Source: Paraphysomonas bandaiensis
Taxonomy: Eukaryota > Protista > Chrysophyceae
Length of the DNA stretch: 64,000 nt
Direction: 5' to 3'
Assembly: GCA_965644295.1 (NCBI GenBank)
Contig: CBFFRP010000432.1
Span: forward strand, 186,001 to 250,000
The notes beneath the pieces are model-generated. The model had not been told where the DNA came from. It saw nothing but the letters and a program-made list of their open reading frames with translations, and did not search any database. The position numbers were made by a program, and so were the translations under genes. The stretch's first letter is position 1. Each line of letters begins with the position of its first letter. Positions 61,190 to 64,000 of the stretch are shown here, in pieces.

Positions 61190-62190
61190 TAAATTTTGCG
61201 GTAGTCTTCCGGACGCATTTACTGTTTTGAATTCATTGCAATATATGGACGTTTACAATAATATGTTGGGAGGAAGTTTATCGTCATCAGTCTACAGCCT
61301 TCGTAATATGGAATTTCTTGATCTGGATTTCAATAGTTTCATTGAGCTCTGACATCGCAAATTTATCCGCACTTTACTATCTTGATATCAGTAGAAATAG
61401 TTTGACTGGAAGTATTCCTTAAAATATTGGATCATTGTCACGACTAAGTGAGGAGTTTCGTTTGTTTTCGAATTTCATGAGTCGATCAATTCCCTCAGAA
61501 ATTGGGAATTTGTAGTATGTTGCGGATATGACTTTTTGGAGTAATGCCCTAACAGGTTCACTTCCTCCTAGTATGGGAAACATGACAAGTCTTACAGTGC
61601 TCTATATGGGAGAAAATCTTTCACGGGATCTGCCCCTGATTCGTTTGCGAATTTAATACACCTCACCCGCCTGGAATTGTATGGTAACTACATGAATGCT
61701 ATTTATCCACGTGCATTGTGTGAGCTATCGACATTGACATGCCCCTACTCCACACCCTACATTTTTTCCTACGACCATACCAAGCACTTCTAGTGTACCA
61801 TCTGGAGAACCATCAAGTCAACCAACATCTTCCCCAAACAGTTCCCCAACGTGTCTACCGTCAGTTGTACCATCAGGACAACCAACATGTTTGCCGAGCA
61901 GCATTCCTACTATGCTGCCATCAGGGAAACCGAGTTATGTTCCTACATCGATACCTACTTCTCAGCCGACATCTCCGACAAGTTTACCATCTGGAGAACC
62001 GTCAGGTCAACCAACACTGTTACCAACTTCTCCTAGTACGCCGCCAACAGAGACGCCGAGTAGTGTACCAAGTAGCAGCCCTACTTCCCCGAGTAGTTCT
62101 CCAACGTGTCTACCATCAGGAGAACCGACCTGTGTGCCGAGCATCATTCTTACCGTAGGTAGTAGGAGTTTCGATTTAATAGCCAAGTGA
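61190..62190 (+). pseudogene. Disrupted extracellular (plant-type) LRR gene with PT/PS-rich stalk
   Basis: LDISRNSLTGSIP*NIGSL, IPSEIGNL* and NALTGSLPPSMGNM contain in-frame stops and frameshifts, followed by PSGEPSxQPT repeats. Confidence 0.8.
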
Positions 62191-63383
62191 TTCCATACCG
62201 GTTTGAAGATATAGTGAAAGCAAAGTAACTGCTAGTAATTAACTACCGATTTGCAACACCATTACCAATATGTTGCAGTAATTGTAATGTTGAACGCTTG
62301 AAAAGCTGTTGCTGCAACAGTATTGGCAAACTCAACTTCCTTCAATATACATCTATGTTAATTAAGTAACACTTAAGTACGTACAGTTAGATTTCGGCAC
62401 ATTATATCTCATTGCGCACGCACAATGAAGGTTATGAATGCTACTTGGTATAGTTGCTCGGCGCAAAACATTGCGTCTCAGTTTAGTAAGCTCTAGCCTC
62501 TAGCTAATAGATATACTGTTGTTCAATACGCTTGCAATAGAATACAAGTAGACATATGACAACAAGGGCACTCAGCATTACTTTTCTGTATGCTGACGAC
62601 TTATAGAGTCATAGAGCACATTTCTCCACACGATGTGGCAACGCACGATAATACAAAACAACTCAGAGCTGCGTGTAGGCGCATGTTCGATCATTAAATT
62701 AACAACAAATCATGCAATGATCTAGAAAATTAATCCTTTGACAACAATTATTCGCTATTTGCGCCACGTTTCATTAAAAGTTTTCCTTTAAACTCTTCGG
62801 AGTATGTGGGCCAAAACATCCACTGCGCAAACAAAAACAGAGGAATGCCAAACAGAATCTTCCTCTTTCTCTTCAATAAAGATGGGACAGGTGATACGTT
62901 GAAGCTAGGCATGTTTATTTAAATTCGTTGGTTATGATTTCTTCAAATTAAATCACTGACTGAGTGTGAAGTAATGGCAGTATGGTGATATATATATATA
63001 TATATATACATACAGACATTGCATCACACCAACTACACAATACACACACATGCACACACACCTCGCAAAGCAATAACAGTGTATGCGTTCACATACACAC
63101 TCCACACAAAAAATCCCAGGTTTTCTCGTTTTACCCACAGTGGATATCAATTTTATGAACAGTATTTGCGGAAAACTATAAAAAATAGCACTATTACTTG
63201 GAATTTACCCACAACAATACAATCATGAACACATATAAGAAAACTGAAATGTCGTTTTATGATTCGATTTTATGTGGTGGAGTTTTAATGGGAAAGTATT
63301 TTTGTGACAAGAAATTAGATTACAAGCTGAAGCGATATATACCAATCTCCACTTTGGTATTGTTTCATTGAGAGAGCGCTGCC

Positions 63384-64000
63384 ATGGTTGTTAAGTAAGG
63401 AAATTTTGATATGATCTTTTGTAAAATTAATACGGGTGTGATGCAGAACTGATCTTTGCGCATTTAGCGAATTTAGAATATACCCTGGCCATGGAATGAA
63501 ATTCATTCGCAGGGACGGTCAGGTCCGTTTGTTTTGTGCATTGAGACTTATGGCTCTAACAGCTGTATTGTCTATTCTCACAGCCCATCTTTCTTTCTTC
63601 TTCCAAGTGCAAGCACATGGTTAACCAGAGAAAGAAGCCTGCTAAGTTGATGTGGACCCAGTCCTGGAGACGCCTCAACAAGAAGGGCAAGGAAGAGGGT
63701 GCCACAAAGAAGAGGTGACGCAGTTTATTTTTTACAATATGTTTCTAATTTGTAAATATATAGAACACGCAAGGTTGTTAAGGCTCAGCGTGCCATCGTC
63801 GGTGCATCTCTTGAGGAGGTATATTTGTGTTGATAACTATAGACTTTGTCCTCACTAGTATTCAGCTCAAGAAGAAGAGACTCAGTTCCAAGCCCCAGGG
63901 CGTCGCCGCTGAGGCTGCCTTAAAGTGCGTTGTATGTTGTTTATTAATGTAATGTTGATATATTTTCTACAGGGAGGTCAAGGGCCGCCAAAAGGCTGCT
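63384..64000 (+). CDS. RPL24: 60S ribosomal protein eL24 (runs off window end), multi-exon
   Basis: Joined exons: MVVK|TDLCAFSEFRIYPGHGMKFIRRDGQ|PIFFLSSKCKHMVNQRKKPAKLMWTQSWRRLNKKGK...QRAIVGASLEE. Confidence 0.95.

Noticed and set aside
1-64000. tRNA, rRNA or snoRNA genes
   Set aside because: None recognisable by eye; tRNAscan-SE/Infernal would be needed to exclude them.

Overview
Eukaryotic nuclear DNA with short (~50 nt) GT-AG introns; gene content suggests a stramenopile protist (inference). Host genes: a secreted cbEGF protein (partial), HPP family, NOSIP, an AWS-SET/Tudor/cyclin/pseudokinase fusion, a DUF2905-like membrane protein, a myristoylated EF-hand protein, an MTase-like/2OG-Fe(II) oxygenase, DUS3, ELF1/ELOF1, a large LRR protein, a TPR protein, an EF-hand/IQ/WW/B-box protein, a sulfotransferase-like protein, a PX/IQ protein, an LRR pseudogene and RPL24 (partial). 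Mobile DNA: a 5'-truncated LINE with a 10-bp TSD, two hAT relics, MITE-like inverted repeats and a ~1 kb (ACAT)n array. The standout is an apparently very young, full-length 10.3-kb Ty3/Gypsy LTR retrotransposon (45997-56273). It carries a SET (lysine methyltransferase-like) domain between RNase H and integrase. Its Gag-PR and RT ORFs are separated by an in-frame UGA followed by a predicted H-type pseudoknot. Its Gag ORF starts inside the LTR, and it has no tRNA PBS but does have a possible self-priming complement. All domain calls come from motif recognition by eye; no searches were run.
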